Assembly: GCA_963730185.1 (NCBI GenBank)
Contig: CAVSQW010000006.1
Coordinates: 480,001 to 544,000 of the forward strand
Length of the DNA stretch: 64,000 bases
From: an uncultured Gemmatimonadales bacterium
GTDB lineage: Bacteria; Gemmatimonadota; Gemmatimonadetes; Gemmatimonadales; GWC2-71-9
Direction: 5' to 3'
The notes under the pieces were generated by a model that was not told the origin of the DNA, searched no databases, and saw nothing but the letters and a program-made list of their open reading frames with translations. Below, in pieces: positions 32,179 through 41,920 of the stretch (positions are counted from its first letter, which is position 1; every line of letters begins with the position of its first letter). Made by a program: the position numbers and the translations under genes.

Positions 32179-33489
32179 CTACCCCCCCGCCATGATCGCT
32201 TGCCGTTTCCCGAGCCAGTAGCCGTTGAGGAGCCAGAGACCGGCGAGCGGGGCGGCGACGAGAGCGACGCCCGTCATGCTGAGACCGAGGGTGGTAAGCA
32301 ACGGCGTCGCCCAGGCGCCTACCTGGTCGCCGAGGCGATAGATGAAGGTGTCGATGAAGCTCTTGGCCTTGAAGCGATCCTCGCGGCTCACCACGGTATA
32401 GAGGACCTCGCGCGAGGGCCGGGCCACGGCGTAGTTGCCGCCGCGACGGGCCACCTGGAACAGCACCAGCAGCGCGATCGACGGCGCGAAGCCGAGGCCC
32501 AAGAAGCCGAGCACCGAGATGGCCGGCACCAGGGTCAGGGTGACGGCGACGCCAAGCCACTTCATGATCCGCCCGGTGAAGAACACCTGGACCACCACGG
32601 TCACAATGTTCGTCCAGAGGTCGATCTGGCCGAACAACGCGGTCTGGGCATCGCGACCGTTGATCTGCTTCGCGATCAGGTCGGCCTGCTGGAAGTAGAG
32701 AAAGGTCGAGCCGATGGTGTAGAGGAACATGTAGCCGCAGATGCCGAGCAGGTACGGCGACTTGATCACGTGGGTGATCCCGCTCAGGAGGCCGCCGCCG
32801 ACCGGGGCGGCTTCCGCGGCGATGCCCGACCGGCCGGCCCGCGACGCATGCGCGAGCCCGGAGAGCTGCCTGGCGCACTGCACGGCCAGCTCGAGGAGGA
32901 CGGCCGAGACGAGCAGGAGCGCCGCCGTGCCGATCACCTTCACGAACGACACCGTCACCGCCGCCCCGACGATCCCGCCCACCGTGCCGCCGACCCCAAT
33001 GAAGCCGAAGAGACGCTTCCCCTGTTCCGAGCGGAAGGCGTCGGCCATGAAGCCCCAGAAGATCGACACCACGAACAGGTTGAAGACGCTGGTCCAGATG
33101 TAGAACACCCGGCCCACCCAGACCGAGCTGCCCTGCCCCAGGCCGACGAACAGCCCGTAGAAGATCAACAGGTTCAGAATGAAGAACCGGTACGTGAGCG
33201 GAACGAACCGGCTCCGCGGCATCCGCGCCACCAGGGCGGCGAAAGGCGGATTGACCACCAGCATCGCGATCATGGTGCCGGTGAAGAGCCAGGGCAGGTT
33301 CCGGACTCCGCCCGCGAGGCCCGCTTGGTCCCGAATGGGGCGGAGGATGTAATAGCTGGCCAGCAGGCAGAAGAAGTAGGCGCACGACCACAGGGTGGCG
33401 CGGACCTCTTCGGGCTTGACCTCGATCACCCGACCGAGGAGACGAGTGACCGGCCCGTCCGAGTCGGGGGCGGCGTCAGCGTGGGGCAA
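32179..33489 (-). CDS. MFS transporter, NTP/NDP exchange (Npt/AAA)-like family
   Basis: YYILRPIRD, FYIWTSVFNLFVVSIFW, KRLFGFIG and KAKSFIDTFIYRLGD motifs; multiple TM segments. Confidence 0.88.
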   Translation of the reverse strand: MPHADAAPDSDGPVTRLLGRVIEVKPEEVRATLWSCAYFFCLLASYYILRPIRDQAGLAGGVRNLPWLFTGTMIAMLVVNPPFAALVARMPRSRFVPLTYRFFILNLLIFYGLFVGLGQGSSVWVGRVFYIWTSVFNLFVVSIFWGFMADAFRSEQGKRLFGFIGVGGTVGGIVGAAVTVSFVKVIGTAALLLVSAVLLELAVQCARQLSGLAHASRAGRSGIAAEAAPVGGGLLSGITHVIKSPYLLGICGYMFLYTIGSTFLYFQQADLIAKQINGRDAQTALFGQIDLWTNIVTVVVQVFFTGRIMKWLGVAVTLTLVPAISVLGFLGLGFAPSIALLVLFQVARRGGNYAVARPSREVLYTVVSREDRFKAKSFIDTFIYRLGDQVGAWATPLLTTLGLSMTGVALVAAPLAGLWLLNGYWLGKRQAIMAGG

Positions 33490-33663
33490 GGGGATGCTCC
33501 TGAGCGGTGATCGAGGCGAGGCGAGGCGAACAACTGGCGCGAACTTATCGCACCGACGTCCCTTTCGCCAAAGCCCTCCAGCGAGCGCCGGCCGGCGTTT
33601 CGCGCCTGACGGTGGACGCCTCAGACCGGGCGCCCACCGTCGAGGCGGGGTTCCGGGCCCGGA

Positions 33664-34107
33664 TCAGCGAACCACGAAGTTCACGGTATCGGGCTTGACC
33701 GACGTCATCGGGACGTGGTCGCCGTACGCGAAGACCGCGATGAGCCGATGGGGGCCGGGAGCCAGCCCTTCGAGGCGGAGCGAGTCGGCGCCGGTACCGA
33801 TGTGGTAGACGCCCTCGCGCTTCGGAATCACCGAGTCGGCCGGGGTCGGATCGACGTCGACGAACACGTGGTGGTGCCCCTGGCCGTCCATATGGGAGCC
33901 GTCGGCGGGCACCAGCGTCGCGCCCGACACCGCCAGCCGCACGGTCAGGCTGGCATCGGTGGTGTCGCCGGATTGAGGACTCAGGATCGTCACCGCCGCG
34001 GCGGGCGCGGAGGACGCGGATTCCGCCGGCGGAACCGGCGGCGCCTCGGGCTTGCACGCCAGGGCGGCGAACCCGAGCAACAGGACTACGGGCAGATGTC
34101 GTGGCAT
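33664..34107 (-). CDS. DUF4399 domain lipoprotein
   Basis: Lipobox ALAC; GHHHVFVD, LAPGPHRL and GDHVP motifs. Confidence 0.8.
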   Translation of the reverse strand: MPRHLPVVLLLGFAALACKPEAPPVPPAESASSAPAAAVTILSPQSGDTTDASLTVRLAVSGATLVPADGSHMDGQGHHHVFVDVDPTPADSVIPKREGVYHIGTGADSLRLEGLAPGPHRLIAVFAYGDHVPMTSVKPDTVNFVVR

Positions 34108-34193
34108 GGCTCCAAGATGGAGCCCGAACTCCGAAAGCGCGAGGGGCGGGCCGGTCGGCCCGGTTCGACCCGGCCCTGACCTGGACGGCGGGG

Positions 34194-36860
34194 CTAGGAC
34201 TCGCGCATCGCCGCGAGTGGATCGACCTGTCCCGCCCGCCGGGCCGGCAGGACCGCCGCGGCCAACGCCACCAGCGCGAGCAGCGCGGGCACCACCACGA
34301 AGGTCACCGGGTCGAACGGCGAGATCTCGTAGAGCAGGCTCGCCAGCAGCCGGGACAGCCCCAGCGCGGCGAGGGCCCCGAGCGCCAGGCCCACCGCGGT
34401 GAGGGCCAGGGCTTGGCGGAGCACGAGCCGCACGACGCGCCCTCGTCCGGCGCCCAGGGCCATCCGGATCGCCAGCTCCTGGCGACGCTGGGCCACGGCC
34501 TGGGCCAGCACGCCGTAGAGACCGACCACCCCGAGGAGCAGCGCCACGCCCGCGAAAGTGGCGAGCAGCACCGTCGCGAAGCGGCGCCGCGCCATGCTCT
34601 GAGCGTAGAGCTCATCGGCGGTGCCTATCAGGTCGATCGGCAGCCGCGGGTCGAGCTCCGTGATCGCCCGCCGAATCGGGCCGATCAGGGTCTTCGGGTC
34701 GGCCGCCGCACGGGTCCGGATCAGGAGGGTCTGCCAGGAGAGCCAGTCCCAGGTCTTCTGGGGATAGGGGAGATACACGATGGGCGTCGGCGCGACGTCG
34801 GCCGCCAGCATCCGGGCGTCGCCCACCACCCCGACCACCTCGATCCAGGGCTCCCCCTCGCGGAACTGGATCCGCCGGCCCACCGGGTCGGCGCCGTTCC
34901 AGAGTCGGCGGGCCAGGGTCCGGTTGACGATCGCCACCGGTGGGGCATCGGCCCGATCGCGCGGGTCGAAGGCCCGGCCCCGCTCGACCGGAATGCCGAG
35001 GGTGCCGAAGTAACCCGGCATCACCGCCTCCAGCGGAACCGGGTCGAAGCGCCCGCTCGGATTGGGCGATTCCCGGCCCTCGATCGCGAAGCTGTAGGTC
35101 ATGGTCCCCCCGACCGCGGGGGTCTGGCTGGTGGAGCCCACCCGTTCGACACCCGGCACCGCCGCGACCCGGCGGAGGGCACGCTCGTAGAAGTCGCGCT
35201 GGGCCGCCCCGTCGGGATAGCGCGCCCGCGGCAACGACATCGGAACGACCAAGAGGTCGGCGGTGCGAAAGCCGTAGTCGATCTGCTGGAGGCGAACGAA
35301 CGACCGGACCAGGAGTCCGGCTCCGATCAGGAGGACCAGCGACAGGGCCACCTCGCCGACCAGCAGCACCGACCGAAGCCGGGCGTGGCCGGTGCCACCG
35401 CTCCGGTCGCCGCCGGCTCGAAGGGTCGCCTGGGGACTGGTGGCCGAGAGCCGAAAGGCCGGCACCAGGCCGAAGAGGAGCGTGCTCGCCAGGGTGATTG
35501 CGCCGGCGAAGCCGAGGACCACCGGGTCGAGGTGGATCGCCTCCGTTCTCGGCAGGTCGGCGGGGGCCAAGCGGAGAAGCAGGCGGAGCAGCCCTGCTGC
35601 GAGCCCGAGCCCCGCCAGACCGGCCGCCACCGCCAGCATCGCCCCCTCCACCAGCAGCTGCCGCACCAGCCGACCGCGACCGGCGCCGAGCGCCCCGCGG
35701 ACGGCCACCTCGCGCTCGCGGACCAGGCCTCGCGCCAGGAGCAGGTTGGCCACGTTGGCGCACGCGATCAGGAGCACCAGCGCGACGCCCGCCAGCAACA
35801 CCAGGAGCAAGGGCCGCACCCCGGCCACCAGATCGGACTGGAGCGGAACCACCGTGGCGCTCCAGCCTTTCATGTCGGCCGGATACTCCTTGGCCAGGGT
35901 CGCCGCGATCGTGTGGAGCTCCGAGCGGGCCTGCTCGATCGCGACCCCTGACTTCAGCCGACCGACGACCTCCCAGTTGTGACTCCGCCGACTGGTGGGG
36001 TCGAGCTGCCCGTCGGGGACGAGACGCCAGAGGTCGACCCCCGAGCTCGGGAACACGAAGTCCGGCCCCATCACGCCGACCACCGTGTGCGACCGGTCCT
36101 CGATCGTCAGGGTCCGGCCGACGATGTTCGGATCGGCGCCGTAGCGGTCGCGCCAGAGCCCGAAGCTCAGCAGCACCTCCCGATCGCCCCGCTCGGCGTC
36201 TTCCCGGGTGAACAGCCGTCCGAGCAGCGGCTTGACCCCGAGCAGCTGGACGGCCGCCGGCGTGAGCCCGGTGAGGAGGACGTTGGTGGGCTCGCCGTCG
36301 CTGGTCAGCGCCACGGTATAGGCCTGGCTGTGCGCCCCGATCGCGGTGAAGGACGTGGCCCGCGCCCGCCAGTCGAGATAGTTGCCCTCCGAGACCACGT
36401 TCCGGTCGTCGCCGTCGGGCGCCACCTCCCAGAGCCTGACCAGGCGATCCGGCTCCTGGAACGCCAGGGGACGGAGGAGGACACCGTTCACCACGCTGAA
36501 CATCGCGACGGTGGCGCCGAGGCCCACGGCCAGCGTCAGGATCGCGAGAAGGGAGAAGCCGGGCGATCGGCGGAGCACCCGCCAGCCGAAGCGCGTGTCG
36601 CCGGCGAGCCCGCCCAACCAGGCGCCCCGCCGGCGCTGGCGCTGCTCCCGCCGATCGATCCGCGCGCACAGAGCCTTGGCCCGGCGGATGTCGCCGAACT
36701 CGCGGCTCGCGCGGGCCCGCGCCTCCGCCGGGGAGAGGCCCTGGCGCTCGTACTCGCGGACCATCATCTCGAGATGAAAGGTCATCTCGTCGTCGAGATC
36801 AGCGCCGGCGTCCGGGCCGAAGAAGCGGAGGTACCGGCGCCACGCCGGGTCGCGGGCCAC
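34194..36860 (-). CDS. ABC transporter permease, duplicated orphan permease (ADOP)
   Basis: DLDDEMTFHL prefix; TLAVGLGATVAMFSVV; LLIACANVANLLLAR; REVAVRGALGA; ELAIRMALGA; PARRAGQVDP. Confidence 0.93.
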   Translation of the reverse strand: MARDPAWRRYLRFFGPDAGADLDDEMTFHLEMMVREYERQGLSPAEARARASREFGDIRRAKALCARIDRREQRQRRRGAWLGGLAGDTRFGWRVLRRSPGFSLLAILTLAVGLGATVAMFSVVNGVLLRPLAFQEPDRLVRLWEVAPDGDDRNVVSEGNYLDWRARATSFTAIGAHSQAYTVALTSDGEPTNVLLTGLTPAAVQLLGVKPLLGRLFTREDAERGDREVLLSFGLWRDRYGADPNIVGRTLTIEDRSHTVVGVMGPDFVFPSSGVDLWRLVPDGQLDPTSRRSHNWEVVGRLKSGVAIEQARSELHTIAATLAKEYPADMKGWSATVVPLQSDLVAGVRPLLLVLLAGVALVLLIACANVANLLLARGLVREREVAVRGALGAGRGRLVRQLLVEGAMLAVAAGLAGLGLAAGLLRLLLRLAPADLPRTEAIHLDPVVLGFAGAITLASTLLFGLVPAFRLSATSPQATLRAGGDRSGGTGHARLRSVLLVGEVALSLVLLIGAGLLVRSFVRLQQIDYGFRTADLLVVPMSLPRARYPDGAAQRDFYERALRRVAAVPGVERVGSTSQTPAVGGTMTYSFAIEGRESPNPSGRFDPVPLEAVMPGYFGTLGIPVERGRAFDPRDRADAPPVAIVNRTLARRLWNGADPVGRRIQFREGEPWIEVVGVVGDARMLAADVAPTPIVYLPYPQKTWDWLSWQTLLIRTRAAADPKTLIGPIRRAITELDPRLPIDLIGTADELYAQSMARRRFATVLLATFAGVALLLGVVGLYGVLAQAVAQRRQELAIRMALGAGRGRVVRLVLRQALALTAVGLALGALAALGLSRLLASLLYEISPFDPVTFVVVPALLALVALAAAVLPARRAGQVDPLAAMRES

Positions 36861-36867
36861 CGACGCC

Positions 36868-37206
36868 TCAGGCGGGCTGGCCGGTGGCGAGCACCTTGGC
36901 CACCAGCGCCACGTAGCGGTTCCAGCTTCCGGACTCGGCCGCCAGCGCTTTCCGCCCGGCGGGAAGCAACCGGTAGAACTTGGCTCGGCGGTTGTTCTCC
37001 GAGAGCCCCCACTCCGACTCGATCAGGGCCCGGGCCTCGAGCCGATGGAGGGCCGGATACAAGGCGGCGTCTTCGAGCCGGAGCTCGTCGTCCGTGGCCC
37101 GCCGGAGCCAGCTCATGATGGCGTAGCCGTGCATCCGGTCGCCGGTAAGGGCCTTGAGGACCAAGAGGTCGAGGGTTCCCTGGAGCACGTCGATTTCGCG
37201 GGGCAC
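36868..37206 (-). CDS. PadR family transcriptional regulator
   Basis: LQGTLDLLVL, HGYAI, LYPALHRLE and SENNRRAKFY motifs; imperfect palindrome TCCAC-N11-GTGGA just upstream. Confidence 0.93.
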   Translation of the reverse strand: MPREIDVLQGTLDLLVLKALTGDRMHGYAIMSWLRRATDDELRLEDAALYPALHRLEARALIESEWGLSENNRRAKFYRLLPAGRKALAAESGSWNRYVALVAKVLATGQPA

Positions 37207-37283
37207 GGTCTCTCCACTAAACGTCTTGGTGGAACGCTAGCACTCGACCGGAGCGAAGGCAAGTGCGTCACGCCGCCCGCACT

Positions 37284-37343
37284 ACTACACATATAGTTGA
37301 CAACCGGTCCAGCGCGCCGTAGCTTGGCAACTAGTCCTCTAGT
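37284..37343 (+). promoter_or_regulatory. sigma70 promoter flanked by two BlaI/CopY-type operators
   Basis: TTGACA (37297-37302), 17 nt, TAGCTT (37320-37325); ACTACAcaTATAGT (37284-37297) and ACTAGtcctCTAGT (37330-37343), both ACTA-N6-TAGT, similar to the TACA-NN-TGTA BlaI/MecI/CopY box. Confidence 0.7.
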
Positions 37344-37354
37344 AGGAGCGCGCC

Positions 37355-37723
37355 GTGCCCCGCCTCACCGATCGCGAGCTCGACGTCATGCACGTCCTCT
37401 GGGACCTGGGCTCCGGCACCGTCACCGAGGTCCGCGAGCAGCTGAGCGACGAGCTGGCCTACACCACCGTCCTCACCATCCTCCGCACCCTCGAGCAGAA
37501 GGGCCACGTGGGCCACGAGGAGGTCGGCCGGGCCCACCGCTACCGGCCGCTGATCGACCGGGCGGCGGCCGGGCGGAGCGCAGTGTCACACCTGATGGAG
37601 AAGCTGTTCGACAACTCGCCCGAGAGGCTGCTGACCCATCTGGTGAGTGAGCGCGGCCTCTCCCGGGCGGAAGTCCGCCGACTCAAGCGGCTGCTCGACG
37701 AGCGGCTGGAGGAGGACCGATGA
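37355..37723 (+). CDS. BlaI/MecI/CopY family transcriptional repressor
   Basis: LTDRELDVMHVLW...AYTTVLTILRTLEQKG...LFDNS motifs. Confidence 0.93.
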   Translation: MPRLTDRELDVMHVLWDLGSGTVTEVREQLSDELAYTTVLTILRTLEQKGHVGHEEVGRAHRYRPLIDRAAAGRSAVSHLMEKLFDNSPERLLTHLVSERGLSRAEVRRLKRLLDERLEEDR

Positions 37724-38156
37724 TCGCGATCTGGATGGTCTACGCCTGTTTCGTCGGGCTGGTCGTCTTCGGTGTCGGGCGGGCAATCGAAGAGCTGGCC
37801 CGGCTCGCCGATCGGCCGCGGCGATGGGTCTGGGTGGGCGCCATGGCGCTCAGCCTCGGCTTCCCGCTCGCCCTTTTCGCCTTTCCGTCGCTCGGGGCCG
37901 CGCGCCGGATGCCGATCGCGCCGTGGCAGGTCGCGGCCGGCGCCGGGGCACCGGTGGGCCCGGCTCGATCAACGACTAGCCCGTCCCATTCGAGGAGCTG
38001 GAGCGGACCCTCGATGCGGTCTACGACCGGCGGCCCTGGAAGGACCGCTATTGGCAGGCGGACTGGACCGCCGGCTATCGGCAGCTGACGGCGGTGCTCG
38101 ACGTAGCCCGCCGGGCGACCGTGCGGGTGCGGCTTTGCCCTAGCAACTCGGACTGA
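37720..38156 (+). pseudogene. Remnant of a BlaR1/M56-type sensor: N-terminal TM segment plus ExbD/TolR-like C-terminal fragment, peptidase domain absent
   Basis: MIAIWMVYACFVGLVVF...RPRRWVWVGAMALSL is coupled to the blaI-like stop (ATGA); another frame reads GSIND*PVPFEELERTLDAVYDRRPWKDRYWQADWTAGYRQLTAVLDVARRATVRV (ExbD-like); no HExxH. Confidence 0.55.
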
Positions 38157-38249
38157 GGTCCCTGGCTGAAGGGCGCGCTTGTCAGAATGCCGGCCGGTTC
38201 CTAACCTAGACGAGAGGAGTCCAACTCCCGTCGACCGTCAGGCATTGCC

Positions 38250-39350
38250 ATGAGAGCGGTGAGACTCGCCCCGGCCTGCTTCTTGGCCTCGATGCCGTTC
38301 GCGGCAGGCCCCGCGGCGGCTCAGACGATCCGAGTGCGAACGGTCGACGAGGTCACCCGGCAACCGGCCGCCGGAGCCCTGGTCTCGCTCCTCACCCCCA
38401 GCGGAGCTCGGCTCCGGCAGCGGCTCACGGACCATCTCGGCCGGGCCACGCTCACCGCCTCGGGCCCGGGCGTGTACCGGGTCCGGGCCGACCGGATCGG
38501 ACATCCCGGCATCACCTCGGACTCCCTGGCGCTCCGCGCCGCCGACACGGTGGAGCTCACGATCGCGATGCCCGCGCGCCGGACCGTGCTGCCGGAGCTG
38601 GTCGCCACGGGCACGAGCCCCTGCGTGACGGACCCGGCGTCCGCCCGGAGCACCGCCGCGCTCTGGGAGGAAGCGCGGAAAGCGCTCCTGACCAGCCAGC
38701 TCACCCGGGACCGACGCGACCTCCGGTTTACGGTCCTGGAGTTCAGCCGCCGGCTCGGGCCCAACCTCGCCGTGCTCGAGGAGACCACCGACACGCTCGA
38801 GCTCCCGGCCCTCCGTCCGTTCACCTCGATCCCCGCCGCCATTCTGGAGCGCGACGGCTGGATTCGCCGCGACGAGGAGAAGGTCATCTACTATGGTCCC
38901 GACGAGGCCCTGCTCCTCTCCGACTTCTTCCTGAGGACGCACTGCTTCCGGACCGAGTGGAGCCGGCGGGACGGGCGGGCTGTCGTCGCCCTCCGGTTCG
39001 AGCCGCTCCGAGGCTCCAGCGCCGACATCTCCGGCGCGCTCTGGCTCGACCCCGGCCGAGCGGAGCTGACCTCGGTCGACTGGCGCTACGAGCGGCTCCC
39101 GCGCGACCTGCCGTCCGGGGCCACCGGGACCGCCCGGTTCGAAGCGCCGCTCGAGGGCGGGTACGTCGTCTGGCACTGGGCCATCCGGATGCCGCATCAG
39201 CTGACCGTGACGGTCAAGGCGTCGGACGGGACGCCGGATCTCGGCTCCCATCCGGTCATCGAGAGCTACGTCGAGGAGGGCGGCGAGGTGCTCCGGATCG
39301 AGAGCCGGCCGCCGGCCACGCAACCCTCCTCGCGTCCGGCGGGTCTATAG
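38250..39350 (+). CDS. Secreted protein with carboxypeptidase-regulatory-like N-terminal domain
   Basis: Signal peptide ending AAAQ; VRTVDEVTRQPAAGALVSL...TDHLGR...GVYRVRADRIG; YYGPDEALLLSDFFLRTHCF. Confidence 0.8.
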   Translation: MRAVRLAPACFLASMPFAAGPAAAQTIRVRTVDEVTRQPAAGALVSLLTPSGARLRQRLTDHLGRATLTASGPGVYRVRADRIGHPGITSDSLALRAADTVELTIAMPARRTVLPELVATGTSPCVTDPASARSTAALWEEARKALLTSQLTRDRRDLRFTVLEFSRRLGPNLAVLEETTDTLELPALRPFTSIPAAILERDGWIRRDEEKVIYYGPDEALLLSDFFLRTHCFRTEWSRRDGRAVVALRFEPLRGSSADISGALWLDPGRAELTSVDWRYERLPRDLPSGATGTARFEAPLEGGYVVWHWAIRMPHQLTVTVKASDGTPDLGSHPVIESYVEEGGEVLRIESRPPATQPSSRPAGL

Positions 39351-39386
39351 CGGCAGCGTCCCCCTCGCCGCTTCTGGAGGATCATC

Positions 39387-41780
39387 GTGTCCCGATTCGA
39401 CCCCGGCGCCCTCGTCCGTGCCGTCCGGCTCACCTTTCGGGCCCTGGGGCGGCGGCCCGGCTTCACCGCCGCCGCCGTGCTGACCCTCACGCTCGGCATC
39501 GGCGCGAACACGGCGATGTTCAGCCTGGTCGACTCGATCGTGCTCAGGCCCCTGCCCTACGCCGACCCGTCGCGCCTGGTGGTGGTCTGGCCAGGGACCT
39601 TCCTCGGCAATCGAGCCGTCGACTACCTCCGCACCAACGCCCGAACGCTCGACCGGGTCGGATCGTTCAGTCCGGGTTGGCTGATGGGCCTGACCGGCGT
39701 GCCCGAACCGACCCAGCTCTCGGCCGCCCGGATCTCGGGCAACCTGTTCGACGTGCTGGGAGTCCGGCCGGCCCTGGGCCGGACCTTCGGGATGGAGGGC
39801 GAGACACCCGGCAACGACCACGTCGTGGTCCTGGGCGACCGGGTCTGGCGCCGGAGCTTCGGGGCGGACCCCGCGGTCGTGGGACGGTCGATCCAGCTCG
39901 ACGACGAACCCTACACCGTGATCGGGGTGATGGCGCCGAGCTTCCAGATCCTCGACACCGACACCGACCTCTGGACGCCGCTGACGATGGATCCGACGGC
40001 CATGCACTGGGCCGGGCAGGTCACCCAAGTGGTCGGACGGCTGGCTCCCGGCGCGACCGTTCGCCAGGCCGACGTCGAGTTCCGAACCCTGGCCGCCGCG
40101 ATGGGGCGCCAGTTCGATGAGCCTGACGACTGGGCCCGGAGCGCGCAGGTGGCGGGCTGGCAGGACGACTTGGTGGGCGGCGTGCGCAGCACCCTGCTCG
40201 TGTTGCTCGGCGCGGTGGGCTTCCTGTTGCTGATCGCCGTGGCCAACGTCGCCAATCTGCTCCTGGTCCGGACGGCGGAGCGACGGCACGAGCTGGCCCT
40301 TCGGTTCTCGCTCGGCGCCACCCGGGAACAAGTGGCGCTGCTCCTGCTCGGTGAGAGCCTCGCCCTCGCTCTGCTCGGCGGGTTGGGCGGCCTGGGGCTG
40401 GCGGCCGTGGCCGTCCGGCTCGCCCCCGCCATTCTCCCGAGCGATCTTCCCCGGCTGGCGGAGGTGGGCCTCAACGGAACGGTGCTGGCGGTGGCCGCCG
40501 GGATCACCCTGCTGACGGCCTTGGCTTTCGGCGCCGCCCCGGCGCTCCACGCGGCCCGCGACGCATCGGGCACTTGGATCCGAAGCGGGCGGGGCTCGAG
40601 CGGGAGCGGCGGTCGCACCCGAGGGGTGCTGATCGCCGGGGAGGTGGCGGTCGCCTTGATTCTCCTGGCGGGCGCCGGCCTCATGATCCGAACGGTGCGG
40701 GCCCTCAATGCGGTGGACCCGGGATTCAAGCCCGATCACCTGCTCACGCTCCAGCTCCAGCCGTCCGGATTCGAGACCCGGGACGCCCTTCGGGCCTACT
40801 GGCGAACGATGCTGGACCGGGTGAGGGCAGTGCCTGGGGTGGTCGCGGCCGGGTCGATTCTCCACCTGCCGACCGGCGGACGGAAGTGGCAAGCCGATCT
40901 CGAGATCGACGGCCGCCAGCTCGAGCGAGGGCAGGCACCTCCCCGGTCCGCCTGGCAGTCGATCTCGACCGGCTACCTGAAGACGGCTGGCATTCCCCTG
41001 ATCCGGGGACGCGACGTGGCGCCGGAGGACGGACCCGACGCGCCCCGGGTCATGCTGGTGAACACCGAGCTGGCGCGACGCCTCTTCCCGAACGAGAGCC
41101 CGATCGGCCACCGCATCAAGGCGGGATACGCCACCCGGCAGCAGTGGGCGACGGTGGTGGGGGTCGTGGGCTCGGTCCGGCACGACAGTCTCAACACCCC
41201 GCCCGGCCCGGAGATCTATCTGCCGTACGACCAGACCACGGTCACCGCGAGCGCCGTGGTAGTCCGGACCGCCGGGAGCCCGGCGGCGCTGGCGCCGGCG
41301 ATCGTCGGGGCGATCCGAAGCGTCCAGGCCGAGGTGCCGATCTCGGACGTGCGGTCGATGCACGACCTCCTGGCGGCGTCGATCCAGCGTCAGCGGAGCG
41401 TGCTCGCCTTGTTCGGCGCGTTCGCGGCGGTGGGACTGATGCTCGGCGCGGTCGGGATCTACGGGGTGGTCGCGTATGGCGCTCGCCAGCGGGCGCGGGA
41501 GATCGGCATCCGGGTGGCGCTGGGCGCCGACGCCCGATCGGTCGCCGGGCTGGTGGTGCGCGACGGACTCTGGTGGGCGATGCTCGGGGTGGCGGCGGGA
41601 GTGCCGATCGCGCTCGGTCTCGGTGGGGTGCTCCGGGGCCTGGTGTACGGCGTCCCGGTGACCGACCCGGCCAGCCTCGCCGGCGCGGCAACGGCGCTGG
41701 TGGCGGTCGCGGCCCTGGCCAGCTACCTGCCGGCCCGCCGGGCGGCGCGAGCCGACCCGACGACGGTCCTCCGGGGGTAG
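39387..41780 (+). CDS. ABC transporter permease, duplicated orphan permease (ADOP)
   Basis: TLTLGIGANTAMFSLV, LLIAVANVANLLL, REIGIRVALGA and PARRAARADP motifs. Confidence 0.93.
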   Translation: MSRFDPGALVRAVRLTFRALGRRPGFTAAAVLTLTLGIGANTAMFSLVDSIVLRPLPYADPSRLVVVWPGTFLGNRAVDYLRTNARTLDRVGSFSPGWLMGLTGVPEPTQLSAARISGNLFDVLGVRPALGRTFGMEGETPGNDHVVVLGDRVWRRSFGADPAVVGRSIQLDDEPYTVIGVMAPSFQILDTDTDLWTPLTMDPTAMHWAGQVTQVVGRLAPGATVRQADVEFRTLAAAMGRQFDEPDDWARSAQVAGWQDDLVGGVRSTLLVLLGAVGFLLLIAVANVANLLLVRTAERRHELALRFSLGATREQVALLLLGESLALALLGGLGGLGLAAVAVRLAPAILPSDLPRLAEVGLNGTVLAVAAGITLLTALAFGAAPALHAARDASGTWIRSGRGSSGSGGRTRGVLIAGEVAVALILLAGAGLMIRTVRALNAVDPGFKPDHLLTLQLQPSGFETRDALRAYWRTMLDRVRAVPGVVAAGSILHLPTGGRKWQADLEIDGRQLERGQAPPRSAWQSISTGYLKTAGIPLIRGRDVAPEDGPDAPRVMLVNTELARRLFPNESPIGHRIKAGYATRQQWATVVGVVGSVRHDSLNTPPGPEIYLPYDQTTVTASAVVVRTAGSPAALAPAIVGAIRSVQAEVPISDVRSMHDLLAASIQRQRSVLALFGAFAAVGLMLGAVGIYGVVAYGARQRAREIGIRVALGADARSVAGLVVRDGLWWAMLGVAAGVPIALGLGGVLRGLVYGVPVTDPASLAGAATALVAVAALASYLPARRAARADPTTVLRG

Positions 41781-41920
41781 CGAAACCGGGTCAGGGCATG
41801 CCGGGCCACTCCGACGATCGGTAGATTTGAGGGCGTGGACCGGTGTTCGTCACCTGGGGCGAACCGAGCCGGACCGCCGACGTTCGACCTCGGAGAGTCC
41901 GAATCCGGGCTCCGCCTTTG

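Noticed and set aside
37977..37979. Pyrrolysine or amber readthrough at the TAG inside the ExbD-like fragment
   Set aside because: No pyl genes in the window, many genes here end in TAG, and the region also has a frame change and a missing domain; a CAG-to-TAG change or an error is simpler.
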